This document shows, one piece after another, positions 29,246 to 39,177 of a DNA stretch of 64,000 nt. Made by a program: the position numbers and the translations under genes. The notes below the pieces were generated by a model. That model did no database searches and was not told the origin of the DNA. It saw nothing but the letters and a program-made list of their open reading frames with translations. The stretch's first letter is position 1. The number at the start of each line of letters is the position of its first letter. The DNA is from Parcubacteria group bacterium (GTDB lineage Bacteria; Patescibacteriota; Minisyncoccia; Moranbacterales; GCA-2747515), in assembly GCA_041660065.1 (NCBI GenBank), contig JBAZXC010000001.1, positions 328,535 through 392,534 on the forward strand. Direction: 5' to 3'.

Positions 29246-31240
29246 ATGTTAACTCACCAAATATGCTACAATACCCCCATGGATACGTCAGACAAAAAAT
29301 ACCTCATTTCTGTTGCTCCGCTTACACGCATTGCCCTTTCACGCGATCAGTCGTTCTTTTATATGTGGCATGAGATGTTATCCACTGGAACGCTTGTGTC
29401 AATTTCAATAGGTCGGCGCACGATCGAAGGTATTGTGACAGATAGCGCACCGGATTTCCCGCGCGAAAGTCAATTTCAGATCAAACGAGTCACGAAGATC
29501 ATTGAGAAGGATTTTCTCACGAAAGAACAACTGGAGTTGGCACAGTATATTTCAGAATACTATTATGCCCCTCTCGGACTCGTACTCAAACACTTTGTCC
29601 CCCAACGCACGATGATGCGTGGCACACCAGTCACTCTTCGTATTAAAAAACACACGATCGAAACAAATGTGGCGCAAGAAGATATCATTGCACAATTATT
29701 CACTACGCATAAGACATCTAGATCCTTTTTTCTCCACGCCCCAGTTGTCCATGACAAGATGACGATCCTTCTCGGATTGCTTCAAAAGATCCACGCCGAG
29801 AGTACATCTCAAACTTTATACATTCTCCCGGAACTGATGCAGACACCCTATATTTCAGAATTCTTTCATCAATTTTTTCCTGCAGATGAGGTCGCGATCC
29901 TCCACAGCAAAATTCCACGCGGACAATATTATCACAAGTGGCGAGCGATCCGTACAGGCAAAGTACGCGTCATCATTGGCACACGCAGTGCGCTTTTCGC
30001 ACCGTTTACCAAACTGGCGACAGTGATCATCGACGAAGCACATGATCCGTCGCACAAACAATGGGACCATTATCCCCTTTATGACGCACGCACGGTGTCC
30101 TATACGCTTGCCACATTACATAATGCCACGCACATCCTCACATCCGCTGCCCCGCGTGCGGTGGATTATGTGCACAAACTCACCAAAGACGCGTCCCTCA
30201 CATTTGTCCAATCCCCCGCGCACGCCCATGCAAAAATTGAGATCGTTGATATGAAAAAGGAACGCTGGGACAAAAACCGCTCACCTCTTTCACGCACGCT
30301 GACATATCAGATCAAGACTGCTTTGCAAAAAAACAAACAAGTTTTACTTTTTGTCAATCGTCAAGGGGAAAGTGCTTTTTCGCTCTGTACCAAATGTCGC
30401 ACGGTTGTGTTGTGTCCCACATGCGATCGCGCACTCATTCATCACTCATCCAAAAAGTACATGTGTATTCATTGCTCTTTCACCATGCCATCCAGCGCAA
30501 AATGCACTGCGTGTAAAGCACCTGTTGAACATATCGGCATCGGCACACAGCGCATCGCCAAAGAATTACACAAAGCCCTCCCCAAAGCGCGCATCGCAGT
30601 AGTGGATTCCTCGACAATGAAAAAGACAGGTGCGCATAAAAAGATCTACGATGATTTCCGTGACAAGAAGATCGATGTCGTGATCGGTACACAGATGATC
30701 ACAAAAGGCTGGCACGGCGACAATGTGACACTGGTCGGTATCATTGATATGGACGACCTCCTGAGCCTTCCATCATACGATGGCAACGAAAAAGCGTTTT
30801 CCTATATCATGCAACTCACCGCACGCACACATCACGGCACCGTACTTGTGCAAACATTTCAACCGGAGAATCCTGCCCTGCGCTATGCAGGCACATATGA
30901 CTTTGACGGGTTTTATCGTGAAGAGTTGGATCTGCGCAAAGTACTTTCCTATCCGCCATATACACAACTCATCAAACTGACGTGCAAAGGAGATACAAAA
31001 GAAAAAGTGCATGCACTTGTCAAAGAAAAATATGCCACACTCTGTGATGTGTGCAAAAGTGATCCAAAAATTCGCGTCTCAGAACCGCATGATCCCCTCG
31101 TGAATAAAGTACGCACAAAATACTATCGCCAAATCGTTGTACGTTGTGCACACAAAAAGATTCCGCAAGCATTACACTATATATTACGCGACTGTGACCT
31201 CGCATGGTCGATTGATATGGATCCGATTTCTATCGTATAA
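29246..31240 (+). CDS. priA: Primosomal protein N' (PriA helicase)
   Basis: Walker and DEAH (IIDEAHD) motifs plus the Cys-rich zinc region CTKCRTVVLCPTCD…CIHC…CTAC. Start may be Met at 29279. Confidence 0.85.
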   Translation: MLTHQICYNTPMDTSDKKYLISVAPLTRIALSRDQSFFYMWHEMLSTGTLVSISIGRRTIEGIVTDSAPDFPRESQFQIKRVTKIIEKDFLTKEQLELAQYISEYYYAPLGLVLKHFVPQRTMMRGTPVTLRIKKHTIETNVAQEDIIAQLFTTHKTSRSFFLHAPVVHDKMTILLGLLQKIHAESTSQTLYILPELMQTPYISEFFHQFFPADEVAILHSKIPRGQYYHKWRAIRTGKVRVIIGTRSALFAPFTKLATVIIDEAHDPSHKQWDHYPLYDARTVSYTLATLHNATHILTSAAPRAVDYVHKLTKDASLTFVQSPAHAHAKIEIVDMKKERWDKNRSPLSRTLTYQIKTALQKNKQVLLFVNRQGESAFSLCTKCRTVVLCPTCDRALIHHSSKKYMCIHCSFTMPSSAKCTACKAPVEHIGIGTQRIAKELHKALPKARIAVVDSSTMKKTGAHKKIYDDFRDKKIDVVIGTQMITKGWHGDNVTLVGIIDMDDLLSLPSYDGNEKAFSYIMQLTARTHHGTVLVQTFQPENPALRYAGTYDFDGFYREELDLRKVLSYPPYTQLIKLTCKGDTKEKVHALVKEKYATLCDVCKSDPKIRVSEPHDPLVNKVRTKYYRQIVVRCAHKKIPQALHYILRDCDLAWSIDMDPISIV

Positions 31241-31339
31241 AAAGATTCCGGATCACGTCCGGAATGACAAATAAAAAGAATAATATCAAATCAACCCCTT
31301 CTCTCACCATAGCGGGGAGAAAGCGACCAGTCAAAGATC

Positions 31340-32368
31340 TTATTTCCCTGCCAGTTGTCCGCATGCGCCACTGATATCATCGCCGACACTCTTGCGGATC
31401 GTGCACGGGATATGCGCTTTTTGCATGATCGATTGAAATTTTTTGACCGTTTCTCGTTCTGACGGTGAGAAGTTTTCTCCGATCGCGTTGTAACGGATCA
31501 GATTGATATGAAGAAGTTGCATATGTCCGATCGATGCAACGTATTGCGCAAGCAAGCGTGCATCTTCCGGCGTATCATTGATCCCTTTTAACATAATATA
31601 TTCGATGAAAATTTTGCGTTTGTTTTTGGATAGATAATATTGCAATGCGTGACGCAATTGTGAGAGATCGTATCCATTGTTCACCGGCATGTATTTTGTA
31701 CGTTTTGCATCAGATACGAAATGCAAGGAAATCGCCAGATTGATCTGTGGACACGTATCTGCAAAATCCATGATCCCCGACACAATGCCCGATGTGGAGA
31801 TAGAGAGCCCGCGATTGGCAAATCCAAAGAGGTCCTTATCCGTCAATATGTCAATGCTCTCTTTGACATTCTTCCAATTCATAAACGGTTCTCCCATGCC
31901 CATGTAGACGATATTGGCAAATGTGTCGATGATATTATGTTGCTTCAGATATTGACGCCACAAAAGCACCTGACTTGTGATCTCATCCGTTGTAAGATTG
32001 CGTACCAAACCCAATTTTCCCGTTGCACAAAAAGCGCACCCCATCGCACAGCCAACTTGCGATGAAATGCACGCTGACCACATTTGTGGTTTGGGAGAAA
32101 TCAAAACGGTCTCGATCATGTGCTTACCCTCTGTCAGTTGTAACAGCGCTTTGATCGCGCGACCGTCTTGCGAGGCGTGTATTTTGACCACAGTAAACGG
32201 CAAAATCGGCACATTGCGTAATAATTCTTCTTGCAATGCTCGTGGAATTGTCGTGATCTCCGCGTATGTTGCACAACCGTCTTGCACAATGCCCTTGATG
32301 ATCTGCTTGCGGCGAAAATCCGGATGCTTATGTTCTGAGAGATATGTCGATAACTGTGTGATATTCAT
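31340..32368 (-). CDS. rlmN: 23S rRNA (adenine2503-C2)-methyltransferase RlmN (radical SAM)
   Basis: CISSQVGCAMGCAFCATG radical-SAM cysteine motif and overall RlmN/Cfr pattern. Confidence 0.85.
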   Translation of the reverse strand: MNITQLSTYLSEHKHPDFRRKQIIKGIVQDGCATYAEITTIPRALQEELLRNVPILPFTVVKIHASQDGRAIKALLQLTEGKHMIETVLISPKPQMWSACISSQVGCAMGCAFCATGKLGLVRNLTTDEITSQVLLWRQYLKQHNIIDTFANIVYMGMGEPFMNWKNVKESIDILTDKDLFGFANRGLSISTSGIVSGIMDFADTCPQINLAISLHFVSDAKRTKYMPVNNGYDLSQLRHALQYYLSKNKRKIFIEYIMLKGINDTPEDARLLAQYVASIGHMQLLHINLIRYNAIGENFSPSERETVKKFQSIMQKAHIPCTIRKSVGDDISGACGQLAGK

Positions 32369-32391
32369 ATAATGTCTTATTTTTACGTGGC

Positions 32392-32576
32392 TACTTAGTA
32401 ACTGTCTAATATCTCATGTCGAGTTGAAATGCCAAAATTTCGAGCGAAAAAAACGGAAGTTGAGGGAGAGCTATCGGGTGATAACCCGACGAAACTTACG
32501 TTTTTTGTAGCCGAAATTTTGGCATTTCAGCCGACAAGCCATTTTTTGGTGTTGAGATGTTAGGCAGTTACTTAGC
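32392..32576. other. ~185-nt long imperfect hairpin / nested inverted repeat filling the CapA-rlmN intergenic space
   Basis: Outer arms GTAACTGTCTAATATCTCA / TGAGATGTTAGGCAGTTAC. Inner arms TGAAATGCCAAAATTTCG / CGAAATTTTGGCATTTCA. Centre GAAAAAAACG…CGTTTTTT and CGGGT…ACCCG. Several mismatches are T/C (G-U compatible). Confidence 0.5.
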
Positions 32577-33605
32577 ATCACATACTACCGTTTGACCGGT
32601 ATTTTTCATGCAAACAGTATGCTCACGAAAAGTCAGTGTATCATGTTCTTTGTCAAAAGTCACGCCTACCATGAGACCTTTTTGTGTCTCTGGACGGAAA
32701 TATTGATCAAACACAAAATTGCCCAATGAATAATAGATCTGCTTGCCGTTATATTCCTCTGCATCTTGTACGACGTGCGGATGCGATCCGATGATCACAT
32801 CACTACCGGCGTCGATCAGCGCATGTGCAAGTTCTCTTTCCACACTACGCGATTGTGTTGCATATTCTACACCCCAATGTGTATAGACCACCACAAAATC
32901 ACTTTCATTTTTTACAGCGGCCAGGTCGGCAAATACATGTTCGCGCGCATCCGGTACAAATGCGTTATAATTCACCACGCCGATCGCCATACCGCCAATA
33001 TGGAGAACATCAAACCGTTTTTCTTCCGGCGATCCCGTATCACCGACATACGTGATACCTTTTTCTTCCAAGAATTTTTTGGTACTCCGGATCCCCTCGT
33101 TACCAAAATTGTTCATGTGATTGTTGCCGAGGTTGACTGCACACACATGTGTATTTTTGAGTACATCGACTACCTGCGGATCAAATGTAAATTGATAATT
33201 TTGTGCGGAGCCAAATGCCGATCCTTCCGACACCGATGCATTTTCTGTCACCGGTCCTTCGAGATTGGCAAACACACAATCACTGCCGCGCATTACATCT
33301 TTTGTCCCTGCCAAAATATTCTCATAACCATTTTGACGCGCTTTCTGCCGGATGTGGCGATCAAAATTCATATCACCTGCAAAGAGAATTGTGACGGGAC
33401 GCACTTCTTGAGTCGCATTGTTTTCATCTTCTTTTGATGCTCCAAGATCATCAGAAGTGGCATGCTCTACAACGCCTGTAGTTTGTATTTGCGATAACTG
33501 TTCCGGATGATGATACAAAATAACAAAGCCCCACACCATACTACCCGTGGCAACCATAAGTAAAAAAAGAGTCGTTAATGTATTTTTCATATGCAATAAA
33601 TTCAA
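32568..33605 (-). CDS. CapA/PGA_cap family metallophosphoesterase-like protein
   Basis: N-terminal TM helix, then ILFAGDMNFDRH…GNNH…GSHPHVVQ motifs. Confidence 0.75.
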   Translation of the reverse strand: MNLLHMKNTLTTLFLLMVATGSMVWGFVILYHHPEQLSQIQTTGVVEHATSDDLGASKEDENNATQEVRPVTILFAGDMNFDRHIRQKARQNGYENILAGTKDVMRGSDCVFANLEGPVTENASVSEGSAFGSAQNYQFTFDPQVVDVLKNTHVCAVNLGNNHMNNFGNEGIRSTKKFLEEKGITYVGDTGSPEEKRFDVLHIGGMAIGVVNYNAFVPDAREHVFADLAAVKNESDFVVVYTHWGVEYATQSRSVERELAHALIDAGSDVIIGSHPHVVQDAEEYNGKQIYYSLGNFVFDQYFRPETQKGLMVGVTFDKEHDTLTFREHTVCMKNTGQTVVCDAK

Positions 33606-33655
33606 CCAATTTCATTATACAACACAAAGTCATATTTTTATTGTATAATGAAGAA

Positions 33656-34669
33656 ATGGAAAGGAATTGGGTACTGACATTTGTCGTCTATTTCGCCGTT
33701 TTTAGCCTCATCGTCATTGTTGGGATGGTTTCTGTGCGTCTTATTACACATCAGACCGATACTGCTCCGACAGTGACTCCCAGTCTTGCATCATCATCCG
33801 CACCAGAAGAATTACCAAAAATTACACCCGAAGAAACAAAGCAAAATGCAAATGCCCAAAACCCTGTGCCGCCCACGCCAACAAAGCCATTTTCGTTTGT
33901 CGTCCTTGCCGATGCCGAGGATTATGGCGTCCCATCCGGACACAATGCTATTCTCGAACACATGCTGGCATCCGGCGCGGCACAAAAGCCGACGTTTGCG
34001 ATCTTTAGCGGAGATTTGATCACTATGCCCGATACACTCCCTTCACGCATTACCAACCTCCTCGCACTTCTCAATCGCCATTATCCCACCTATTACATCG
34101 CGTTTGGCAAACACGACATCGAATGTGGCAACCAATGTGTTGACGTCTGGAACAAACTTTTTTTTCATATAAAAAACCCTACAAAAAAAGATCGTATCTT
34201 GTATCATTCATTTGATCATGAGAACACGCACTTCGTCCTCCTCTCATCCGACTATCCGCTCAAGCACGGTGTGGACGATGCGCAATTGGCATGGCTTGAT
34301 GATGATCTCACCAAAACAGACAAAGAAAATATCATCGTTGTTTCTCACGTGCCACCAATTAACTTTTACAAAGAATCCACCGAAACGTGTCATGACATGA
34401 CCTGTGACGAGGCACGACGCATGCGCCTCCAAAACATCCTCGCTAAACATCATGTCGACCTCGTCCTCTCCGGACATGAACACACATTCGATCACAGGAT
34501 CGTCGACAATGTCGTGTATATCCTCGCTGGCAATGTTGGTAATGGTAAGCGATACAAAAACACACTGTGGCAAAGCAGCTTCCTCTACATCACTATCGAT
34601 GGACCACACATCACATTGAAACTACTCGACGAAAACGGCAATGCCCTCCAGCAAAAGCCGATCAAATAG
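33656..34669 (+). CDS. Calcineurin-like metallophosphoesterase, membrane-anchored
   Basis: FVVLADAE…SGD…GKHD…VSHVPP…SGHEHTFDHR. Start placed at ATG 33656 after TATAAT at 33644. Confidence 0.7.
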   Translation: MERNWVLTFVVYFAVFSLIVIVGMVSVRLITHQTDTAPTVTPSLASSSAPEELPKITPEETKQNANAQNPVPPTPTKPFSFVVLADAEDYGVPSGHNAILEHMLASGAAQKPTFAIFSGDLITMPDTLPSRITNLLALLNRHYPTYYIAFGKHDIECGNQCVDVWNKLFFHIKNPTKKDRILYHSFDHENTHFVLLSSDYPLKHGVDDAQLAWLDDDLTKTDKENIIVVSHVPPINFYKESTETCHDMTCDEARRMRLQNILAKHHVDLVLSGHEHTFDHRIVDNVVYILAGNVGNGKRYKNTLWQSSFLYITIDGPHITLKLLDENGNALQQKPIK

Positions 34670-34715
34670 AAAAAGACCATAAGGCACTGTCCCAAAGCAC
34701 CCGGAGTCACCCACC

Positions 34716-35267
34716 TTACTCTATATCGGAAAGTAGTATGTCGATCTGCGCGTAAAGATTCTCAATATCGCTGTTATTATCAAGCACAACATCAGCATAT
34801 TCTTTGAGTCCGGCGATTTGTAATTCTGCATCTGCCTTGCTCTCTGCTTCGAACTGCTCAAATGTTTTGTCACGATCATCAGTATTTTCACTGCGCTTGA
34901 TGATGCGTTCATAACGTGTCTTGATATCCACATCGATATACACGAGCTTGAACTCCGGAATTTGTTTGAGGAAGACAATGTCATCCATCCGTCGCACACC
35001 ATCCACCACGATCACTTCCGCAGGATCCTTTTTGACATCTTCCGCCATCACATGCGCAAGCGCGTCTTGTCCATATGTTTCTCGAATGATCCGTGAAAGT
35101 TCTTGTAAATTGTCCCGCGACTGTTCAATATGCAAGCGATCCAACACATCACGCAACATTGTCGAAAAACGATGTGTTGACGCTTTTTTCTCCGCCACCA
35201 AATATTGCGCGACTGTACCCTTGCCGCTCGCCATCTCTCCCGCAAGTCCGATAATGATCTTTGCCAT
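34716..35267 (-). CDS. P-loop deoxynucleoside-monophosphate kinase-like protein
   Basis: Walker A motif GLAGEMASGKGT. Paralogous to the 35832 gene. Flanks the dCMP deaminase. Confidence 0.55.
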   Translation of the reverse strand: MAKIIIGLAGEMASGKGTVAQYLVAEKKASTHRFSTMLRDVLDRLHIEQSRDNLQELSRIIRETYGQDALAHVMAEDVKKDPAEVIVVDGVRRMDDIVFLKQIPEFKLVYIDVDIKTRYERIIKRSENTDDRDKTFEQFEAESKADAELQIAGLKEYADVVLDNNSDIENLYAQIDILLSDIE

Positions 35268-35316
35268 AAATATAGTTAAAAGTTTATAAAGTTATAAAGA
35301 CTCAGCCAACAGCCAA

Positions 35317-35814
35317 TTATTTCTTCTTTTTTATCTTTTGCAAAAGCAATTCATTTTTTGGTACGTACCGACGTAACTTCACGCCCGCCATACGCAACAT
35401 CTTACGTGACGCTTTGAATATGTCCACATCTGCATATTTGTCAGAGGTATATACGACCTCAGCAATCCCGCTCTGGATGATTATCTTTGCACATTCATTG
35501 CAAGGAAAAAGACTAATATACATCCGACAACCTTTCACAGAACTGTTTGCATTCATGATCGCATTTGCCTCCGCATGAACAACGTACGTGTATTTTACAT
35601 CTAATACTTTTCCCTCACGCTTCCATGGTATTTTGTCATCATGACACCCACGCGGATGTCCATTGTATCCCAGTCCAATGATCACATTATTCTGACCGAC
35701 GATGCATGCACCCACTTGTGTCGATGGATCTTTGGATCTCTGTGCAATAAGCATGCTCATGAGCATAAATGTTTCATCCCAGTCCAAATAATCTTTTCTC
35801 TTATCACCTTTCAT
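35317..35814 (-). CDS. dCMP deaminase (ComEB/cytidine-deoxycytidylate deaminase family)
   Basis: Zinc motifs HAE…PCNECA. Confidence 0.85.
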   Translation of the reverse strand: MKGDKRKDYLDWDETFMLMSMLIAQRSKDPSTQVGACIVGQNNVIIGLGYNGHPRGCHDDKIPWKREGKVLDVKYTYVVHAEANAIMNANSSVKGCRMYISLFPCNECAKIIIQSGIAEVVYTSDKYADVDIFKASRKMLRMAGVKLRRYVPKNELLLQKIKKKK

Positions 35815-35831
35815 AGATTTGCTCTACTTAA

Positions 35832-36401
35832 TTATTCAGAACGACTTTTTAAGATCTCTTTCATCACATCATCCACTTGCCACAGAAGTTCATCCATTGT
35901 TCCCTCGTTGCGTACCGTAAAATCCGCTTTTTTGCCAATTGCCGGAATGGCTTTCTCTGTTTCTGCTGTTGCTTCAAATGTCTGAAATGCGTCAAATGTC
36001 TGATTATCGTCGGATTTTTCTCCACGACTTGTCGTACGTTTCCATCGCAATTTTTGATCCGCAGTCACATAGATAATATAATTATCAGGGAAAGAGCGGA
36101 TGAAATCAAGATCCATCATCATGCGCATCCCGTTGACACACATGATCCCGTCATGCTGTGCGATATAACGTGCCACGCCCCGATGCAACACGTCCTCCCC
36201 AAATCGTTCTTTGAATATGCTATACAGCCATGATTGATCCTCTTTGGATGATTGTTCAAAAAAGAGATCCAGCGCCTTCTTGAGCGGTCGACTAAAACGC
36301 AGAAGTTCCACATCATACCGTCTATGCAAGTAATGTGCAACCGTATCTTTACCGCTTCCTGTTTCTCCCACCAACCCAAGAATAATTTTTTTATTTTGCA
36401 T
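35832..36401 (-). CDS. P-loop deoxynucleoside-monophosphate kinase-like protein (T4 gp1-like SGKDT motif)
   Basis: LGLVGETGSGKDTVAHYL Walker A motif. Confidence 0.6.
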   Translation of the reverse strand: MQNKKIILGLVGETGSGKDTVAHYLHRRYDVELLRFSRPLKKALDLFFEQSSKEDQSWLYSIFKERFGEDVLHRGVARYIAQHDGIMCVNGMRMMMDLDFIRSFPDNYIIYVTADQKLRWKRTTSRGEKSDDNQTFDAFQTFEATAETEKAIPAIGKKADFTVRNEGTMDELLWQVDDVMKEILKSRSE

Positions 36402-36512
36402 AAATTTATTCCCTATAATAAAAAATCATGTATTACTTGTAAATTATATAGCACCCCAACAAAAAAGTCCACGCTACTCACATGAACCGTTTTGTATGAA
36501 TTCCTCAGAGCT

Positions 36513-37184
36513 TTACTGCACCTTTACGGATGGGCCCATTGTGGAACACATGCTTATTGATGTAATAAATTGTCCCTTGTGTGCTTCTGTGCGACACGCT
36601 TTTACAGAGTCGACCAGTGCATTATAATTTTGTGTGATCTTTTCTCCGTCAAATGACGCTTTGCCGATGACCTGATGGATATTGCCGGAATTATCATTTT
36701 TGAAATTTGCCTTGCCCTTTTTGAGTGATTCTACCGCCTCGCCGACATTCACTGTCACGGTATCCGTTTTTGGACTTGGCATGAGACCGCGCGGTCCGAG
36801 AATGCGTGCGACTGGCGCAAGCTTTGGCATCATGTCCGGTGTTGCTACGAGAACATCCGCTTCCGGTAATTCACCCGCCTTGATCTTATCAATGAGTTCT
36901 TGACCTCCGACGATATCTGCACCCGCCTTTTTTGCCTCGTCTGCCTTGCTCTCTGTGATCACAGCAACACGAACGGCTTTGCCGATGCCATGTGGCAACG
37001 ATACGCTTCCGCGCACTGCCTGCTCTCCTTTTTTGGGATCGATATTGAGTCGTACATGCACTTCGATCGATTCGTCAAACTTTGCTTTGGCATTTTCTTT
37101 GACAAAATTTATTGCATCTGCCAATACCATTTGCTCGCTAACACGTTTCTCCATTGCACCATTGTATCTCTTGCTTCTTTTCAT
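36513..37184 (-). CDS. rplA: 50S ribosomal protein L1
   Basis: …AKFDESIEVHVRLNIDPKKGEQAVRGSVSLPHGIGK…. Confidence 0.9.
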   Translation of the reverse strand: MKRSKRYNGAMEKRVSEQMVLADAINFVKENAKAKFDESIEVHVRLNIDPKKGEQAVRGSVSLPHGIGKAVRVAVITESKADEAKKAGADIVGGQELIDKIKAGELPEADVLVATPDMMPKLAPVARILGPRGLMPSPKTDTVTVNVGEAVESLKKGKANFKNDNSGNIHQVIGKASFDGEKITQNYNALVDSVKACRTEAHKGQFITSISMCSTMGPSVKVQ

Positions 37185-37249
37185 AATATTGTTGTGGTAT
37201 TACCGAGTCACACTGACTCTCCCACCAATGAGTTTAAAAGTTATAATGT

Positions 37250-37504
37250 TTACCCTGTTAAATACGATTTGAGCCGATTCTTGAGAAACATTTTACCGTA
37301 ATATGTTTTGAGATACTTTTCTCTGTGTGTTGCATCTTGCTGATTAAGTGATGCTTCATAATAAATCAATTTTAACGGCCTTCTGTCTTTTGTGGAATCA
37401 ACCAAACCTTTTTTATGTTGTTCAAATCGTAATTTTAAATTTTTAGTATACCCTGTATAATTTTTTTGATCTTTCTCACTCTTCAATACGTATACATAAT
37501 ACAT
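37250..37504 (-). CDS. GIY-YIG nuclease superfamily protein (YhbQ/UPF0213-like)
   Basis: MYYVYVLKSEKDQKNYTGYTKNLKLRFEQH… carries GIY/YIG, the conserved Arg and Glu spacing. Confidence 0.7.
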   Translation of the reverse strand: MYYVYVLKSEKDQKNYTGYTKNLKLRFEQHKKGLVDSTKDRRPLKLIYYEASLNQQDATHREKYLKTYYGKMFLKNRLKSYLTG

Positions 37505-37552
37505 ATCTCTACGGAAATTTAAAATTATTTAACAGGGTAAATTTGTTAACCC

Positions 37553-37981
37553 CTATTCTTCTACTGTAATACCCATAGATCGTGCTGTGCCTTCGATGAT
37601 CTTCATCGCGGATTCCACATTTGCCGCATTGAGATCCTCCATCTTTGTTTCTGCGATCTCGCGCACCTGCGCTTTGGTCACTTTGCCCACTTTATCCGTT
37701 ACAGGATTACTTGCGCCTTTTTGTGCTCCGGCTGCCTTCTTGAGCAGATCCGATGCCGGTGATGTTTTCATCACAAATTTAAATGTGCGATCTTCATACA
37801 CCGTGATCGCAACTGGGACGATATCACCCATACGTTCTTTGGATGCCTCATTGAACTGTGAACAAAACTCCTGAATATTGAGCCCATGTTGACCCAATGC
37901 CGGACCGACCGGAGGAGCAGGGTTTGCTTTTCCTGCCGGAATCTGCAATTTGATGATTGTCTTGATCTTCTTTTCTGCCAT
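37553..37981 (-). CDS. rplK: 50S ribosomal protein L11
   Basis: [33 protein letters not shown]…. Confidence 0.9.
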   Translation of the reverse strand: MAEKKIKTIIKLQIPAGKANPAPPVGPALGQHGLNIQEFCSQFNEASKERMGDIVPVAITVYEDRTFKFVMKTSPASDLLKKAAGAQKGASNPVTDKVGKVTKAQVREIAETKMEDLNAANVESAMKIIEGTARSMGITVEE

Positions 37982-38021
37982 ATGTTTGAAATAGTGAATA
38001 AATAGTATAATTTATAACTGC

Positions 38022-38567
38022 TTAAAGTTTTTTGATCTGGAGAAAGTCCAGTTCTACCGGTGTTTCGCGACCAAATACGAGCACAAACACCTTGACCTTT
38101 CCTTTTGCTTCATCGATCTCTTTTACTTCTCCATCAAAGTCTTTGAACGGTCCATCGACGATCTTGATGCTTTCCCCTTTCTTTACATCAATACGATATT
38201 TCGGTTCATTTTGTCCCATCTTCTTTTTGATGGAAGTGATCTCGTTGGCATCTACAGGTGTCGGCGTTGTCCCAAGTCCGATAAATCCTGTTACATTTGG
38301 CGTATTGCGCACCACATACCATGACGCATCCGTCACCACCATCTGCACCAATACATATCCGGGATAAATTTTTTCTTCCACTGTTACACGTTTGCCGTTT
38401 TTGATCTTGATCTTTTTTTCCACAGGGACGATCACATCAAAAATGTAGTCTTGCATGTCCATGGATTCGATACGTTGTCGCAAATTGCGTGCCACATTAT
38501 CCTCGTAACCGGAATATGTATGAAGAACATACCACGCCTTGCCGTGATGTTGCGTTTGTTTTGCCAT
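38022..38567 (-). CDS. nusG: Transcription termination/antitermination protein NusG
   Basis: WYVLHTYSGYE (NGN) and a C-terminal KOW domain. Confidence 0.9.
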   Translation of the reverse strand: MAKQTQHHGKAWYVLHTYSGYEDNVARNLRQRIESMDMQDYIFDVIVPVEKKIKIKNGKRVTVEEKIYPGYVLVQMVVTDASWYVVRNTPNVTGFIGLGTTPTPVDANEITSIKKKMGQNEPKYRIDVKKGESIKIVDGPFKDFDGEVKEIDEAKGKVKVFVLVFGRETPVELDFLQIKKL

Positions 38568-38612
38568 ATATACGAACTAAATATTATTGATATAAATTAC
38601 ACGAAAAAAATT

Positions 38613-38798
38613 TTATTTGAAAAGCACATCTTTGATAATGCCACCAAAGATATAATCCAATATCCCGAGGAAAAGTGCGATTGCCACACTGATCACGACA
38701 ACCAGCGTCGTGTATTGGATCGTTTGTTCACGCGTCGGCCATGACACTCTGCGCAATTCGCCATAGGCCTCCCGCAAAAATTGTTTGATTTTCTCCAT
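38613..38798 (-). CDS. secE: Preprotein translocase subunit SecE (single-TM, 61 aa)
   Basis: Immediately upstream of nusG. EAYGELRRVSWPTREQ… followed by one TM helix. Confidence 0.8.
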   Translation of the reverse strand: MEKIKQFLREAYGELRRVSWPTREQTIQYTTLVVVISVAIALFLGILDYIFGGIIKDVLFK

Positions 38799-38990
38799 AT
38801 TTGTTGGATTTTAAAAAAGCCCCCTCGGGCTCTATATACACATTCATACTATCGCTTTTTCCAATTTTTGTCAAATACCTTTTTAGGGAGTAGACATTGG
38901 GTGGTAGGTGATAGAAGTTAGGTTGTAGGGGGTGAGGGTCAGAGGTTAGGTGATAGCCGGTTGTTACTCTCGCGCTCGCATGTCGGTCCA

Positions 38991-39150
38991 TTGTCATCCT
39001 GTCGCGCCCTGAGCATTTAGGGATCTACACTGGGAATCCACTTGTCATCCTCAGCTGGACTGGGGATCCATAAGCTCTCAATGATCTTTTTTGGTTTCTC
39101 TATATTCCCAATAATCTACGCCCTACCACCCTAATTTCTACACCCTCAGA
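38991..39150 (+). repeat. Left ~160-bp direct repeat flanking the AAA ATPase cassette
   Basis: ~85% identical to 40535-40700 (TTGTCATCCT…GGGGATCCATAA…CAATGATCTTTTTT…TACGCCCTACCACCC). Confidence 0.65.
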
Positions 39151-39177
39151 AAACGAGAATCATTGTCTTCAAATTTC

